From: an uncultured bacterium
Lineage (GTDB): Bacteria > Caldisericota > JANLFM01
DNA: 64,000 nucleotides
Direction of reading: 5' to 3'
Assembly (NCBI GenBank): GCA_964614945.1
Contig: CAZTNW010000002.1
Coordinates: 145,242 to 209,241 of the forward strand
Shown here: positions 44,557 through 54,759 of the stretch, one piece after another
How the letters are laid out: each line of letters begins with the position of its first letter
Position numbering within the stretch: the stretch's first letter is position 1
Notes under the pieces: model-generated
Database searches by the model: none
What the model was told of the DNA's origin: nothing
The model's input: only the letters and a program-made list of their open reading frames with translations
Position numbers and translations under genes: made by a program

Positions 44557-46098
44557 TCAATGACGAAAATGGCGTAGGCCGGTAAAGACCATGGCTATCC
44601 CGTATTGATCGCACAAATCAATGGAATCTCTGTCCCGGATTGATCCTCCGGGCTGGATGATTGCCCTGATTCCTCCCGCGTGAGCCAACTCCACCGAATC
44701 CGCAAAGGGGAAAAATGCGTCGGAAGCCATCACCGTCGCCACCCCTGGAAACCTCTCCCTGGCTTGTTTCAGGGCGATATCTACGGCCTGGACCCGATTC
44801 GGCTGACCCATTCCGATGCCTGCTGTCTGTTCGCCCCTGGCCAGGACAATGGCATTCGATCGTGCATGCTTCACCACTTTCCAGGCAAAGATGAGCCCCT
44901 GCCATTCTTCCGCCGTTGGCTCCCTCTTCGTAACCACCCGGACCAGGCTTCTATCCAGAAGGGCCGAATCGCGCTCCTGCAGTAGCAACCCCCCCTGGAT
45001 TTTTTTCCAGGATAAGCTTCGATTGGCCTCACTCTGCGGGGAAGGGTATTCTAAGAGGCGCAAGTTCTTCTTTTTTCCCAGGCTCGCCCGCGCTCCTCGC
45101 GAGAAAGAGGGTGCCATCAGTATCTCCAAGAAGATCTCGGTCAGCTTATGCGCCAGGTCCTCTTCCACCTCCCGGTTCAATGCCACCGTGCCGCCAAAGA
45201 TGGAGACCGGGTCGGCTTCCTGCGCGAGACTAAAGGAAAGGCCGATCTCCCCGGAGCTGGCCACGGCGCAGGGATTGGCGTGCTTGATTACGACAGCGGT
45301 GGGCTTCTCGAACTCCTCTAAGACCTCCCGCGCTGCCTCAGCATCGACGATATTGTTATAAGACAGGGCTTTTCCCTGAAGCTTCGAGGCGGCGAGAAAG
45401 CCCCCGGATAGCGGAAATTCTTCACGATAGAGTGCCGCTCGCTGGTGCGGATTTTCCCCGTAGCGAAGTTCCTGGGAGAGCTCGAAAGACAGGGTCAGCT
45501 TCTCTTGGAATCGGGATTGGGGGAATTTTTGCTCTAAGTATTCCCGGATCAGACTATCGTAGGCGGCAGTGAGGGAAAAGGCTTTTTTCGCGAGGCTCAC
45601 CCTCGTCTCCAGGGATACTGCTTCAGTCTCGAGCAGCTGGAGGATGAGAGGGTAATCCTCGGGGTCAGAAAGGACGAGCACATCTCGGAAATTCTTTGCT
45701 GCTGCCCGCAGTAGAGTCACCCCGCCGATATCAATGTTGTCCAGGGCTTCCTCAAGCTCGCCTCTTGCCGCGAGGGCGGTCTCTTTGAAAGGATAGAGAT
45801 TTGCAGCCACGAGGTCAATCGGCGAAAGATCGAGTCGGGCGAGATCCGCCAGGTCCCCGCCCACGTCCCTTCGAGCCAGGATGGCCCCGTGAACTTTTGG
45901 GTGTAGGGTCTTCACCCGTCCCCCCAGAAATTCGGGCAATCCCGTGTATTCCTCGATTGTAGTTACTGGCAGCCCTGCTTGCCTCAGGTAGCTGGCAGTT
46001 CCTCCTGTGGAAAGGAGAGTAAAGCCCAGGCGAGACAGGCCCCGGGCGAAATCCGCCACCCCACGTTTATCGAAGACACTGACCAAGGCCAGTTTCAT
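44557..46098 (-). CDS. purH: Bifunctional AICAR transformylase/IMP cyclohydrolase
   Basis: MGS-like and AICARFT domains. Internal ATG (MKLALVSVFDKRG) gives an ATGA overlap with the purN stop. Confidence 0.93.
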   Translation of the reverse strand: MKLALVSVFDKRGVADFARGLSRLGFTLLSTGGTASYLRQAGLPVTTIEEYTGLPEFLGGRVKTLHPKVHGAILARRDVGGDLADLARLDLSPIDLVAANLYPFKETALAARGELEEALDNIDIGGVTLLRAAAKNFRDVLVLSDPEDYPLILQLLETEAVSLETRVSLAKKAFSLTAAYDSLIREYLEQKFPQSRFQEKLTLSFELSQELRYGENPHQRAALYREEFPLSGGFLAASKLQGKALSYNNIVDAEAAREVLEEFEKPTAVVIKHANPCAVASSGEIGLSFSLAQEADPVSIFGGTVALNREVEEDLAHKLTEIFLEILMAPSFSRGARASLGKKKNLRLLEYPSPQSEANRSLSWKKIQGGLLLQERDSALLDRSLVRVVTKREPTAEEWQGLIFAWKVVKHARSNAIVLARGEQTAGIGMGQPNRVQAVDIALKQARERFPGVATVMASDAFFPFADSVELAHAGGIRAIIQPGGSIRDRDSIDLCDQYGIAMVFTGLRHFRH

Positions 46099-46727
46099 AA
46101 TCCCTTTTCCTCCAAAATATGCACTCTCTTCCCCTCCAGCTTCAATTTCTCCAGGACGAAGAGACGAATAGCCTCGGGCAGGATCACCCACTCCGCCTCT
46201 CTCTTCACCCTGTCCTGCAGGGTCTCCGGAGTGTCATCCTCCCTCACCGAGACTGCTTTTTGCAGAACGATGGGGCCCCCGTCCACCTCCTCCGTCACGA
46301 AGTGCACCGTCGCCCCCGTCACCTTTAAGCCCTCGGAAATTACCCTGCGATGTACGTTGATCCCGTAGAGTCCCCGGAAAGAGGGGAGCAGCGAGGGATG
46401 GATGTTGAGGATGCGCTGAGGAAACGCCTCCAGCACGGCCCTTCCCAGGATAGTAGAGAACCCGGCGAGGACCACCAGGCCGACATTGTAGTTCCTGAGC
46501 TTTCGGATTAAAGTTAGATCGAAAGCTGCAGGGGAGGGAAAGTCCTTCTTATTCAGTATCTGGGCGGGCACACCCCAGGAGAGAGCTTTTTTCACTGCCG
46601 GGGCATGAGCCTTTTCCGAGATCACACAGGCCAGGCTGGCTCCGGGGATGCGACCGGCCTGAACTGCCTCCCAGACGGCCTGCAGGTTTGTGCCGCTTCC
46701 GGAAGCCAGCGCTCCTATTTGAAGCAA
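46095..46727 (-). CDS. purN: Phosphoribosylglycinamide formyltransferase
   Basis: GSGSGTNLQA N-terminus and the formyltransferase core. Confidence 0.9.
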   Translation of the reverse strand: MLQIGALASGSGTNLQAVWEAVQAGRIPGASLACVISEKAHAPAVKKALSWGVPAQILNKKDFPSPAAFDLTLIRKLRNYNVGLVVLAGFSTILGRAVLEAFPQRILNIHPSLLPSFRGLYGINVHRRVISEGLKVTGATVHFVTEEVDGGPIVLQKAVSVREDDTPETLQDRVKREAEWVILPEAIRLFVLEKLKLEGKRVHILEEKGL

Positions 46728-47749
46728 ATTCTTTCCCCGCCTGTTTGTGCCTTAGTCCGGCCGATCACATAGGCCTCTTGTCCGGAAGTCCGCAGTTCGG
46801 CAAGCACCTCTTCCACGCTCTCCCTGCTGACGGCGAGGACCATGCCCACTCCCATATTGAAAGTTCCGAGCATCTCGTTTTCGTCCAGGTTCGCCCTCTT
46901 CCGGATCAGGGAAAAAATCTCCGGGATCGGCCAGCTCTTGAGGTGGACTTCCGCCTTTACCCCTTCCGGTAGGGCGCGGGGGATGTTCTCGATAAAGCCG
47001 CCCCCCGTGATATGGGCGATGCCCTTTAGAAGCCCCCTTTTTACTAGGGGAAGAACACTCCTGATGTAAAGCCTGGTGGGCGTCAGCAACTCCTCTCCCA
47101 GGGTGCGGCCTCCCCACTTTTTCTCTAAGCCCCTGCGGTTGATGAGTCTCCGCACGAGGGAAAAACCATTGGAATGGAGGCCGCTGGAGGCAAGCCCGAT
47201 CAGCCAATCGCCCACCGCCCCCCTCTTCAGCAACAGAGCGTTTTTCTGCTCCACTATGCCCACGCAGAAGCCGGCGAGGTCGTATTCGCCCCGGCTGTAA
47301 AGGCCGGGCATCTCCGCAGTCTCTCCTCCAAGGAGGAGACAGCCCGCCTCTTTGCAGCCCAGGACAACTCCTCCTATGATCTGGTCTATTTTCCCTACTT
47401 CCAGTTGCCCCATGGCCAGATAATCCAAGAAGAAGAGCGGCTCTGCTCCCGCACAGAGAACATCGTTGGCGCACATGGCCACACAATCGACCCCCACCGT
47501 GTCGTGTTTATCGAGGAGGAAAGCGATCTTCAATTTAGTCCCCACACCATCCGTACCCGCGACGAGGACGGGCTTCTCGTACCCCTCTGTATTGAGGGGG
47601 AAGAGACCGCTGAACTCCCCGATAGGGCAAGCCGTTTCCCTGAAAAGAGAAGAGGCAATCGCCTTGATCCTTCTTACGGCGGCGTATCCCCGCTCAAGGT
47701 CCACACCGGCTTCGGCGTAGCTTATCTTTTTCTTCTGTTCAGTAGTCAT
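46715..47749 (-). CDS. purM: Phosphoribosylformylglycinamidine cyclo-ligase
   Basis: AIRS family. Internal start MTTEQKKKISYAEAGVD; the tracked ORF has a spurious N-terminal extension. Confidence 0.92.
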   Translation of the reverse strand: MTTEQKKKISYAEAGVDLERGYAAVRRIKAIASSLFRETACPIGEFSGLFPLNTEGYEKPVLVAGTDGVGTKLKIAFLLDKHDTVGVDCVAMCANDVLCAGAEPLFFLDYLAMGQLEVGKIDQIIGGVVLGCKEAGCLLLGGETAEMPGLYSRGEYDLAGFCVGIVEQKNALLLKRGAVGDWLIGLASSGLHSNGFSLVRRLINRRGLEKKWGGRTLGEELLTPTRLYIRSVLPLVKRGLLKGIAHITGGGFIENIPRALPEGVKAEVHLKSWPIPEIFSLIRKRANLDENEMLGTFNMGVGMVLAVSRESVEEVLAELRTSGQEAYVIGRTKAQTGGERICFK

Positions 47750-49112
47750 CTCTGACCGGGTATTCCCCGTTGAAGCAGGCCAGACAGAATCCTGTCTTCG
47801 CCTCCCTGAGAGCCCGCAGGACGCCCTGGACAGAAAGGTAGTGAAGGCTATCCGCGTGAACTTTTTCCTGAATTCCTTCAATCGATAGACGAGAAGCTAT
47901 CAAGCTCTCCCTTACCGGCGTATCGATACCGTAGAAGCAAGGGTTTTTTACAGGAGGAGAGCTGATCATCACGTGCACTTCACTTGCGCCGGCATTCTTG
48001 AGCATCACAACCAGGTTCTTCAGGGTGGTACCGCGAACGATAGAATCGTCCACCATGATTACCCTTTTCCCTCGCACATTGTCCTCCAGCGGGGCGAGCT
48101 TGATCTCCACGAACGCTTCCCGCGTCTCCTCTTGTGGTTGGATGAAGGTCCGGCCCACGTAACGGTTCTTGGCGAAAGCTTCCCCGAAGGGGATTCCTGA
48201 GGCGGCGGAGTAACCCAGCGCTGCTGTGGTGCCGGAATCCGGGATCCCGGTAACCAGGTCAGCCTGCAGGCCATGTTCATGAAAGAGTTCTCTGCCTAAA
48301 GCCAGCCTGGCCCCGTAGACGCCGAGGGAGCAAATGCGGCTGTCAATCCCGGCGAAATAAATGAATTCAAAAGAGCAGAGGCGTCCTCCTTCCGCTGAGG
48401 AGGAGACCTTTCTGGAACAACACCCTTCGGGGGAGACGATGACGATCTCTCCTGGGTCTAATTCACGTATCAGCCGCGCCCGCATTGGATGAAAGGCGCA
48501 ACTTTCCGAGGAGAAAAAAAATCCGTCTCCCTCGCCCATTGAGAGGGGACGAATGCCGGCCGGGTCGCGGAAGGCGATGAGTGAGTGCTGGGTGAGGAGC
48601 AGCACTGCGTACCCCCCTCTCAGCTTTCCCATGGTCTTCACTATCCCCTCCTCCAGGTTTGAGTGGAGGGCAAGCTTCCGGATTAAAGTCAGGATGGTCT
48701 CCGCATCACTCGAGGTCTGGAAAACCATTCCCTCTTCTCTCAGCTGCGCGCGCAGCTGAGCATGATTCATGATGTTGCCATTGAAAGCCAGAGCGATTCT
48801 TCCCTCATTGCAGTTGGCAATGACTGGCTGAGCGTTCTCGAGCGTGGTGGAACCGGAAGTGGAGTAACGCACGTGCCCTATGGCGGACCGTCCTTTCAGA
48901 TAATTGAGTGCCCCGGCCTGGAAGACCTCCTGCACCAACCCTAACCCGCGATAGTAAACCATCGTCCCGTTCTCGTTCAAGGCGATGCCAGCGCTTTCCT
49001 GCCCGCGGTGCTGAAGCTTGAACAGTCCCAGGTAAGTGTATTTGGAGGCGCTGTTTTCTTTCGCACCGAACACTCCGAATACGCCGCAGTTCTCTCTTAA
49101 ACCGGTACTCAT
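47739..49112 (-). CDS. purF: Amidophosphoribosyltransferase
   Basis: N-terminal nucleophile MCGVFGVFG and a PRTase domain. ATGA overlap with purL. Confidence 0.93.
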   Translation of the reverse strand: MSTGLRENCGVFGVFGAKENSASKYTYLGLFKLQHRGQESAGIALNENGTMVYYRGLGLVQEVFQAGALNYLKGRSAIGHVRYSTSGSTTLENAQPVIANCNEGRIALAFNGNIMNHAQLRAQLREEGMVFQTSSDAETILTLIRKLALHSNLEEGIVKTMGKLRGGYAVLLLTQHSLIAFRDPAGIRPLSMGEGDGFFFSSESCAFHPMRARLIRELDPGEIVIVSPEGCCSRKVSSSAEGGRLCSFEFIYFAGIDSRICSLGVYGARLALGRELFHEHGLQADLVTGIPDSGTTAALGYSAASGIPFGEAFAKNRYVGRTFIQPQEETREAFVEIKLAPLEDNVRGKRVIMVDDSIVRGTTLKNLVVMLKNAGASEVHVMISSPPVKNPCFYGIDTPVRESLIASRLSIEGIQEKVHADSLHYLSVQGVLRALREAKTGFCLACFNGEYPVRDDY

Positions 49113-51331
49113 CCTCTTTCCCCGTCCACGCTTTGATAGCCCAGCGCCTCGGGCAATGCGCTGAAATAGGCTTTAACTGCTTTTTCCAGAGAAAGCGAGA
49201 TCAGGGGCTTCCTGCCGATGCGGAAGATTATACGGTCTCCCTTGACCTTGCCGATTTCCTCTAGCGGCACCTCGTGCTGCCTGGCTATTTCTTTCACCTT
49301 CTCCCGCGTTTCCTGCTCGCAGCTGATGAGAAAACGGGACTGGGATTCGCCAAAAAAGAGGGAGTCAGGGCGGATCCTGCTTTTGAGATTAATCTCCGCG
49401 CCGATTTCGCCCAGGATGGAACACTCCGCGACCCCGACGGCCAAGCCCCCTTCGGACAGATCGTGAGCGGAGCGCAGCAGGCCGGAACCGATCATCTGAA
49501 GGACGGCCTCGCCCGTCCTTCTTTCCAGCTCCAGGTTCAAATCAGGCACCGCCCCCCGGACTTGGTGATGGATTGTCGCCAGATAGAGGCTTGCGCCCAG
49601 CTCGTTTTTAGTTTTTCCCAGGAGGAAGACGGCGTTCCCCTCGCTTTTGAAGCAGGGGGTGATGATCGAGCCCAGATCCTCAACCAGGCCCAGGGCGCCG
49701 ATCACCGGGGTGGGCCAGATTCTCGAGCCCCCCCTCTCGTTATAGAGGCTGGCATTCCCGCTGATGATGGGAACTTTGAGGGCGCGGCAGGCTCGGCTCA
49801 TGCCGAGGATGGATTCCCTCAGTTGGAAATAGATCTCCTCTTTCTCGGGATTGGCAAAGTTCAAACCATCGGTTACAGCTATCGGCCGCGCTCCCGAGGC
49901 TATGAGATTACGGCAGGCCTCAGCCACGCTGATGGCTGAACCGCGGCGAGGATTCAGATAGACATAACGGCTATTAGAATCGATCGTGAGAGCGATCGCC
50001 TTATTTCTTCCTTTCAAGCGTAAAAAAGCGGCGTCCGTCCCAGGGGGGATGACGGTGTTTGTCTGGATCATGTGATCGTACTGGCGCCAGACCCACTTTT
50101 TGGAGCAGATATTCAAACTGCCAAGCAGGGCAAGCAGGGTCCGGTTGAGATCGGAAGGGACAGGCAAACTCTCCTCTCTCAGCTCGGCAACCCTCTTTAA
50201 ATAAGTGGGCTTCTTCACCCTTTTCCTGTAGGAAGGGGGGTGAACGAGGGAGCGGGCCGGCACTTCTCCCACTACCTTGCCTGCGGAGATGATGCGGATA
50301 TTTCCGTCATCGGTCACCCGGCCGATGACGGAAGAATGCAACCCCCATTTGCGGAAGACCTTCTCCGCTTCTTCCTCCCGGCCTTTCTGGACGATGACCA
50401 GCATCCTTTCCTGTGATTCCGAGATCATGATCTCGGAGGGCTTCATTCCCGATTCCCTTAACGGCACTCGATCTATCTCCAGCTCGATCCCTGTCCCTGC
50501 CTTAGCCGCCGTTTCAGAAGTGGAAGAGATGATCCCGGCTGCCCCCATGTCCTGGATTCCGACAATAAAGTCATCCTTGAAAGCCTCATGCATCGCCTCG
50601 ATCAGCAAGCGCTCCACGAAAGGATCGCCTACCTGCACAGCCGAACGCTCTTCATCTTTCAGTTCGCGCGAGGCGAAGCTGGCGCCGCCGATGCCGTCCC
50701 TTCCGGTAGAATTTCCCACGAGCAGCACGGAGTTGCCCGCTCCGCCGGCATAAGCTCTCCGGACCTCCCCTTCCCTGATCAGGCCGACGCACATCACATT
50801 CACGAGGGGATTCTCCTCGTAACCGGGAGCAAAGCGCATCTCGCCCCCTACCGTGGGGACACCCACGCAATTTCCGTAATCTGCAATCCCCCGGACCACT
50901 TCCTCTATCAGATATTTGCTGTGAGCGGAAGTGGTTCTGGGGTCGGCAAGGCAGAGGGAATTGAGCAGGGCTATCGGCATCGCGCCCATGGCCAGAATGT
51001 CCCGGATGATTCCTCCTACTCCTGTGGCGGCGCCTTGGTAAGGGGAAATCGCCGAGGGATGATTGTGGCTTTCCACCTTCATCGTGATCAAATCGCCATG
51101 GCCGATATCCACGACCCCGGCATTTTCGCCGGGCCCCTGGCGTACGCGCTCACCCTTTGTGTACAGGAAGCGAAAAAGAGGCCGGGAGAATTTATAGCCG
51201 CAATGCTCGGACCACATTGCCCCGTAGAGGTGGAGCTCGAGTTCGTTGGGCTCTCTCTTTAAATCCTTCACGATGCGGGCGTACTCGACCTGATTCAAGC
51301 CCACTCTCTTCCAGAGTTCGGCGTCGGGCAT
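49109..51331 (-). CDS. purL: Phosphoribosylformylglycinamidine synthase subunit PurL
   Basis: 740 aa with duplicated AIRS-like domains. Confidence 0.93.
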   Translation of the reverse strand: MPDAELWKRVGLNQVEYARIVKDLKREPNELELHLYGAMWSEHCGYKFSRPLFRFLYTKGERVRQGPGENAGVVDIGHGDLITMKVESHNHPSAISPYQGAATGVGGIIRDILAMGAMPIALLNSLCLADPRTTSAHSKYLIEEVVRGIADYGNCVGVPTVGGEMRFAPGYEENPLVNVMCVGLIREGEVRRAYAGGAGNSVLLVGNSTGRDGIGGASFASRELKDEERSAVQVGDPFVERLLIEAMHEAFKDDFIVGIQDMGAAGIISSTSETAAKAGTGIELEIDRVPLRESGMKPSEIMISESQERMLVIVQKGREEEAEKVFRKWGLHSSVIGRVTDDGNIRIISAGKVVGEVPARSLVHPPSYRKRVKKPTYLKRVAELREESLPVPSDLNRTLLALLGSLNICSKKWVWRQYDHMIQTNTVIPPGTDAAFLRLKGRNKAIALTIDSNSRYVYLNPRRGSAISVAEACRNLIASGARPIAVTDGLNFANPEKEEIYFQLRESILGMSRACRALKVPIISGNASLYNERGGSRIWPTPVIGALGLVEDLGSIITPCFKSEGNAVFLLGKTKNELGASLYLATIHHQVRGAVPDLNLELERRTGEAVLQMIGSGLLRSAHDLSEGGLAVGVAECSILGEIGAEINLKSRIRPDSLFFGESQSRFLISCEQETREKVKEIARQHEVPLEEIGKVKGDRIIFRIGRKPLISLSLEKAVKAYFSALPEALGYQSVDGERG

Positions 51332-52023
51332 CAGTTTCTCTCCAGGGCGAGTAGGAGGGAACGGAAGAGCCTGACGCCGTCCGCTGAACCGAGCACGCTC
51401 TCGCAGGCCCTTTCGGGGTGAGGCATCATGCCGAGTACGTTTCCTTTTCGATTCACCACCCCGGCGATCTCGAAGATCGAACCGTTGGGGTTGGCCCTTT
51501 CGCTGATCGTTCCCTCATCGTCCGCATAGCGGAAGACGATCTGGTTATTCCCCCTCAGTTCGGCGAGGGCCGCCTCCTCGATCACATAATTCCCCTCGTT
51601 ATGAGCAATTGGAAGCTGGATTAGCTCTCCTCTTCGAAAAAAGCGGGTGAAGGGAGTGTTCTCGTTTTCCACCCGGAGGAATTGCTTCTGACAGATGAAC
51701 TTCAGCCCGCGATTGTGGATTAGGCTTCCAGGAAGAAGCCCGCTTTCCACCAGTATCTGAAAACCATTGCAGATGCCGAGGACGAGCCCCTCCTTGCCTG
51801 CGTGCTCAATCACCGAATCCATCACCGGGGAGAAACGGGCGATAGCCCCTGCTCGAAGATAATCCCCGTAAGAAAACCCACCCGGAAGCACGAATACATC
51901 GATGTCCCTTGCCCTCTCCTCGTGCCAGACCATCCGAACGTTCTGGCCCAATACGTGGCAGAGAGCGTGATAGGTATCCAGCGCACAGTTGGACCCGGGG
52001 AAGAGGATCACGCCGAACCTCAT
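51331..52023 (-). CDS. purQ: Phosphoribosylformylglycinamidine synthase glutaminase subunit PurQ
   Basis: Class I glutamine amidotransferase with GICNGFQ. Confidence 0.92.
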   Translation of the reverse strand: MRFGVILFPGSNCALDTYHALCHVLGQNVRMVWHEERARDIDVFVLPGGFSYGDYLRAGAIARFSPVMDSVIEHAGKEGLVLGICNGFQILVESGLLPGSLIHNRGLKFICQKQFLRVENENTPFTRFFRRGELIQLPIAHNEGNYVIEEAALAELRGNNQIVFRYADDEGTISERANPNGSIFEIAGVVNRKGNVLGMMPHPERACESVLGSADGVRLFRSLLLALERN

Positions 52024-52269
52024 TTAGTCCTCGATCAAGACATATTCGAAGGTCTCGATGACCTGATTGGCTAAAAGCATCTCGCACATTTTTTGCACTT
52101 TTTGCTCCGCCTCCCGACGTTCCACCTGAAGGAGGGAGATCTCGATGAATTTCCCCACTCGCACGTCCTGGACGGAGGAGAAGCCCAGGGATGCCAGAGC
52201 ATTTTTAATCGCCATTCCCTGCGGATCAGCTATAGATTTTTTCAGCATGACCTTGATCTGTGCCTTCAA
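52024..52269 (-). CDS. purS: Phosphoribosylformylglycinamidine synthase subunit PurS
   Basis: 81-aa PurS fold, positioned between purC and purQ. Confidence 0.88.
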   Translation of the reverse strand: MKAQIKVMLKKSIADPQGMAIKNALASLGFSSVQDVRVGKFIEISLLQVERREAEQKVQKMCEMLLANQVIETFEYVLIED

Positions 52270-52271
52270 GT

Positions 52272-52979
52272 TCAGGAACCCTCAAGTTCCATTCGGCGCA
52301 GGACCTCTGCGTAGGCAGATTCCACGTTGCCTAAGTCCCTGCGGAAGCGATCCTTGTCCAGTTTCTCCATTGTGGTCGCATCCCAGAGGCGACAGGTATC
52401 CGGTGAGATCTCGTCCGCGAGCAGTATTTGACCGCTGGATGCCCGACCGAATTCCAGCTTGAAATCGATGAGCAGGATGCCAGCCCGAGAGAACCTTTCC
52501 TTGAGTAGCTCGTTGATCCGCAGAGCCAGATTTTTCATCGTCTCTATCTCTTCCGCGCTGGCTAAGCCTAAGGCCAGGGCATAGGATTCGGGTATCAAAG
52601 GGTCCCCCAGGGCGTCATTTTTGTAGCTGAATTCGATCGTGGGACGGGAGAGCTCGAATCCTTCATCCAGCCCCATTCTTTTCGCCATGCTGCCCGCTGC
52701 CCGATTGCGCACAATTACCTCCAGGGGTATAATCTGCACCTTCTTAACCAGGGCCTCCCTCGTGTTGAGCTCGCAGATCAGATGGGTGGAAATGCCATTT
52801 TTCTCGAGGAAACGAAAGAGAGCGTTGGACAGGCGATTGTTCACAGAGCCCTTGTTCAGGATCACTCCTCGCTTTTTCCCGTTAAAGGCTGTGGCGTCAT
52901 CTTTGAAAGAGATGATGCACTCGTCGGGGTTTCCGGTAGCGTACACTCTCTTGGCCTTGCCTTCGTAGAGCAGTTTCAC
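52272..52979 (-). CDS. purC: Phosphoribosylaminoimidazole-succinocarboxamide synthase
   Basis: N-terminus LLYEGKAKRVY. Confidence 0.93.
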   Translation of the reverse strand: MKLLYEGKAKRVYATGNPDECIISFKDDATAFNGKKRGVILNKGSVNNRLSNALFRFLEKNGISTHLICELNTREALVKKVQIIPLEVIVRNRAAGSMAKRMGLDEGFELSRPTIEFSYKNDALGDPLIPESYALALGLASAEEIETMKNLALRINELLKERFSRAGILLIDFKLEFGRASSGQILLADEISPDTCRLWDATTMEKLDKDRFRRDLGNVESAYAEVLRRMELEGS

Positions 52980-53467
52980 GGGGCCTCCTCACTCAATTTA
53001 TGCTTGATGACCTCTTCCTTCATCTGCGCCCGATACTGTTTGAGCCTGGCTCGCAGGGAAGGGAATTTGCCGGAAAGGATCTCCACGGCCAACAGAGCGG
53101 CATTTTCTGCGGCGTCGATCCCTACGGTGGCAACGGGCACGCCCTTCGGCATCTGGACGATGGAGAGAAGGGCATCAATGCCTTTTAAGCTGGCAGAAAG
53201 AGGCAAACCGATGACAGGCAAAACGCTGTAGGCCGCCACTACCCCAGGAAGATGAGCCGCTTTACCCGCGGCCGCGACGACTACATCAAACCCTCTCTCC
53301 TCCAGGCCGCTGACATAATCCGCCAGCTCTCCTGGGGTCCGGTGGGCGGAAAGCACCCTGATTTCCGGGCTGATCCCGAATTTTTTTAAGAGTTCGGCGA
53401 CAGGACGAATTAAGGGAAGATCGTTTATGCTTCCGCAAATGAGGGAGACTTTGATCGCATTATCCAT
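52976..53467 (-). CDS. purE: N5-carboxyaminoimidazole ribonucleotide mutase
   Basis: PurE fold with GSxSD and AGxAAHLPG motifs. Confidence 0.92.
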   Translation of the reverse strand: MDNAIKVSLICGSINDLPLIRPVAELLKKFGISPEIRVLSAHRTPGELADYVSGLEERGFDVVVAAAGKAAHLPGVVAAYSVLPVIGLPLSASLKGIDALLSIVQMPKGVPVATVGIDAAENAALLAVEILSGKFPSLRARLKQYRAQMKEEVIKHKLSEEAP

Positions 53468-53555
53468 GCTCCAAAATTCTATAAGGAAATCGTCGCAATG
53501 GCAAGCCGGCTTCCTTTAAAAAGGAGTAAAATGAGGCCCTGAAGGAGGGATATAG

Positions 53556-53987
53556 ATGCCCATAAGCCTGCGCAGGATTGCATTGATCGCCCACGACAAT
53601 AAGAAGCAGGATCTGCTGGACTGGGCGCGCTATAATCAGCAGCTTTTGTCCAGGTATGATCTCTATGCCACCAGGACGACGGGAAAGTTGCTTGAGAAGG
53701 AGCTTGGGCTCAAGATCCGCGTCTTTTGCAGCGGTCCTTTCGGTGGGGATCAGCAAATCGGCGCCAAGATCGCCGAGGGAGAGATCGACTTCCTGGTTTT
53801 TTTCTGGGACCCGCTGGAGCCACTCCCTCATGATCCGGATATTAAAGCCCTCCTCCGCCTGGCAGTCCTCTGGAATATACCTGTGGCCTGCAATCGGTCT
53901 TCAGCCGACTTCATCATCTCCTCCCCGCTGATGTCAGGGGAGTATAAGCGCCAACTTCCCTGTTGCGCATCGTCCTCGGCTAAATGA
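53556..53987 (+). CDS. mgsA: Methylglyoxal synthase
   Basis: N-terminus IALIAHDNKK and the MGS-like domain. Confidence 0.9.
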   Translation: MPISLRRIALIAHDNKKQDLLDWARYNQQLLSRYDLYATRTTGKLLEKELGLKIRVFCSGPFGGDQQIGAKIAEGEIDFLVFFWDPLEPLPHDPDIKALLRLAVLWNIPVACNRSSADFIISSPLMSGEYKRQLPCCASSSAK

Positions 53988-54024
53988 GCTCTACGGGCGT
54001 TCAAACCTTGATTTTTCCGCCTCG

Positions 54025-54684
54025 GTGTGGTATAAGAAGGCTATGAAGAGGGAGGGCGCTGAAATAAGGCAGGCTATTGAGGAAAAGCTGAGGCAGATGC
54101 CGGGGGTGTTCTTCGCTTCGGTCTCACTGGGAGAGGAAGGCCGCCTGGAGGGAGTGCAGGTCCTTGTGCAGGATTCCCGAACAGCTCGGGAGTGGCGCGA
54201 CGAGTTAACCCCTCTGCTCGAGGAGGTTACCGGCGGGCCTGTTCCCCCGGAACTCCTTACCCTCACGGTCTGGGATTCTCACGATCTCACCGCTCATTTG
54301 AATCGTCCACGGGTGGAAAAAATCCTCTTTCAGACCTCCCTAGAACAGGCAGAGGTCAAAGTCGGCCTCTCCTGGAAGGGCGATCTCTACTGGGGCGAGG
54401 CTTCCGGACCGAACACGGCTTCCTTCATGCGCATACTCATCGCCCAGGCCACCCTGGAGGCTCTCCACGGCTTTATCAAGCCCGGATTCTCCCTTTCCCT
54501 CCTAGGCTCGCAGGAGCTGATAATGAGTGAGCGCGCTTTGGTCGTGACCTGTGTAGCACTCTCTTCCTCTTTCGGCGAGCAAACGCTGACCGGCTCTTCA
54601 TTTGTGCGCAATAACCATGTAGAAGCGGTGGTTAAATCTACCCTGGCCTCCCTCAATCGAATTTGGAGTAGAATTTCCATCTAA
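54025..54684 (+). CDS. Hypothetical protein (219 aa, no recognised domain)
   Basis: ORF only. No signal peptide or TM helix. Start is GTG 54025 or ATG 54043. Confidence 0.4.
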   Translation: MWYKKAMKREGAEIRQAIEEKLRQMPGVFFASVSLGEEGRLEGVQVLVQDSRTAREWRDELTPLLEEVTGGPVPPELLTLTVWDSHDLTAHLNRPRVEKILFQTSLEQAEVKVGLSWKGDLYWGEASGPNTASFMRILIAQATLEALHGFIKPGFSLSLLGSQELIMSERALVVTCVALSSSFGEQTLTGSSFVRNNHVEAVVKSTLASLNRIWSRISI

Positions 54685-54759
54685 TTTTTCCTGATCATTC
54701 CTTGCTTCTCCCCGCACTTTGCGTTAATCTAAAACAATTTCAGGAAGGAGGCCGCGCCA

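Noticed and set aside
54685-54759. SAM riboswitch upstream of metK, and a purine riboswitch upstream of purE (53468..53555).
   Set aside because: The spacers are 75 nt and 88 nt, too short for SAM-I (~110 nt) or purine (~80 nt plus expression platform) riboswitches. No conserved core motifs are seen.
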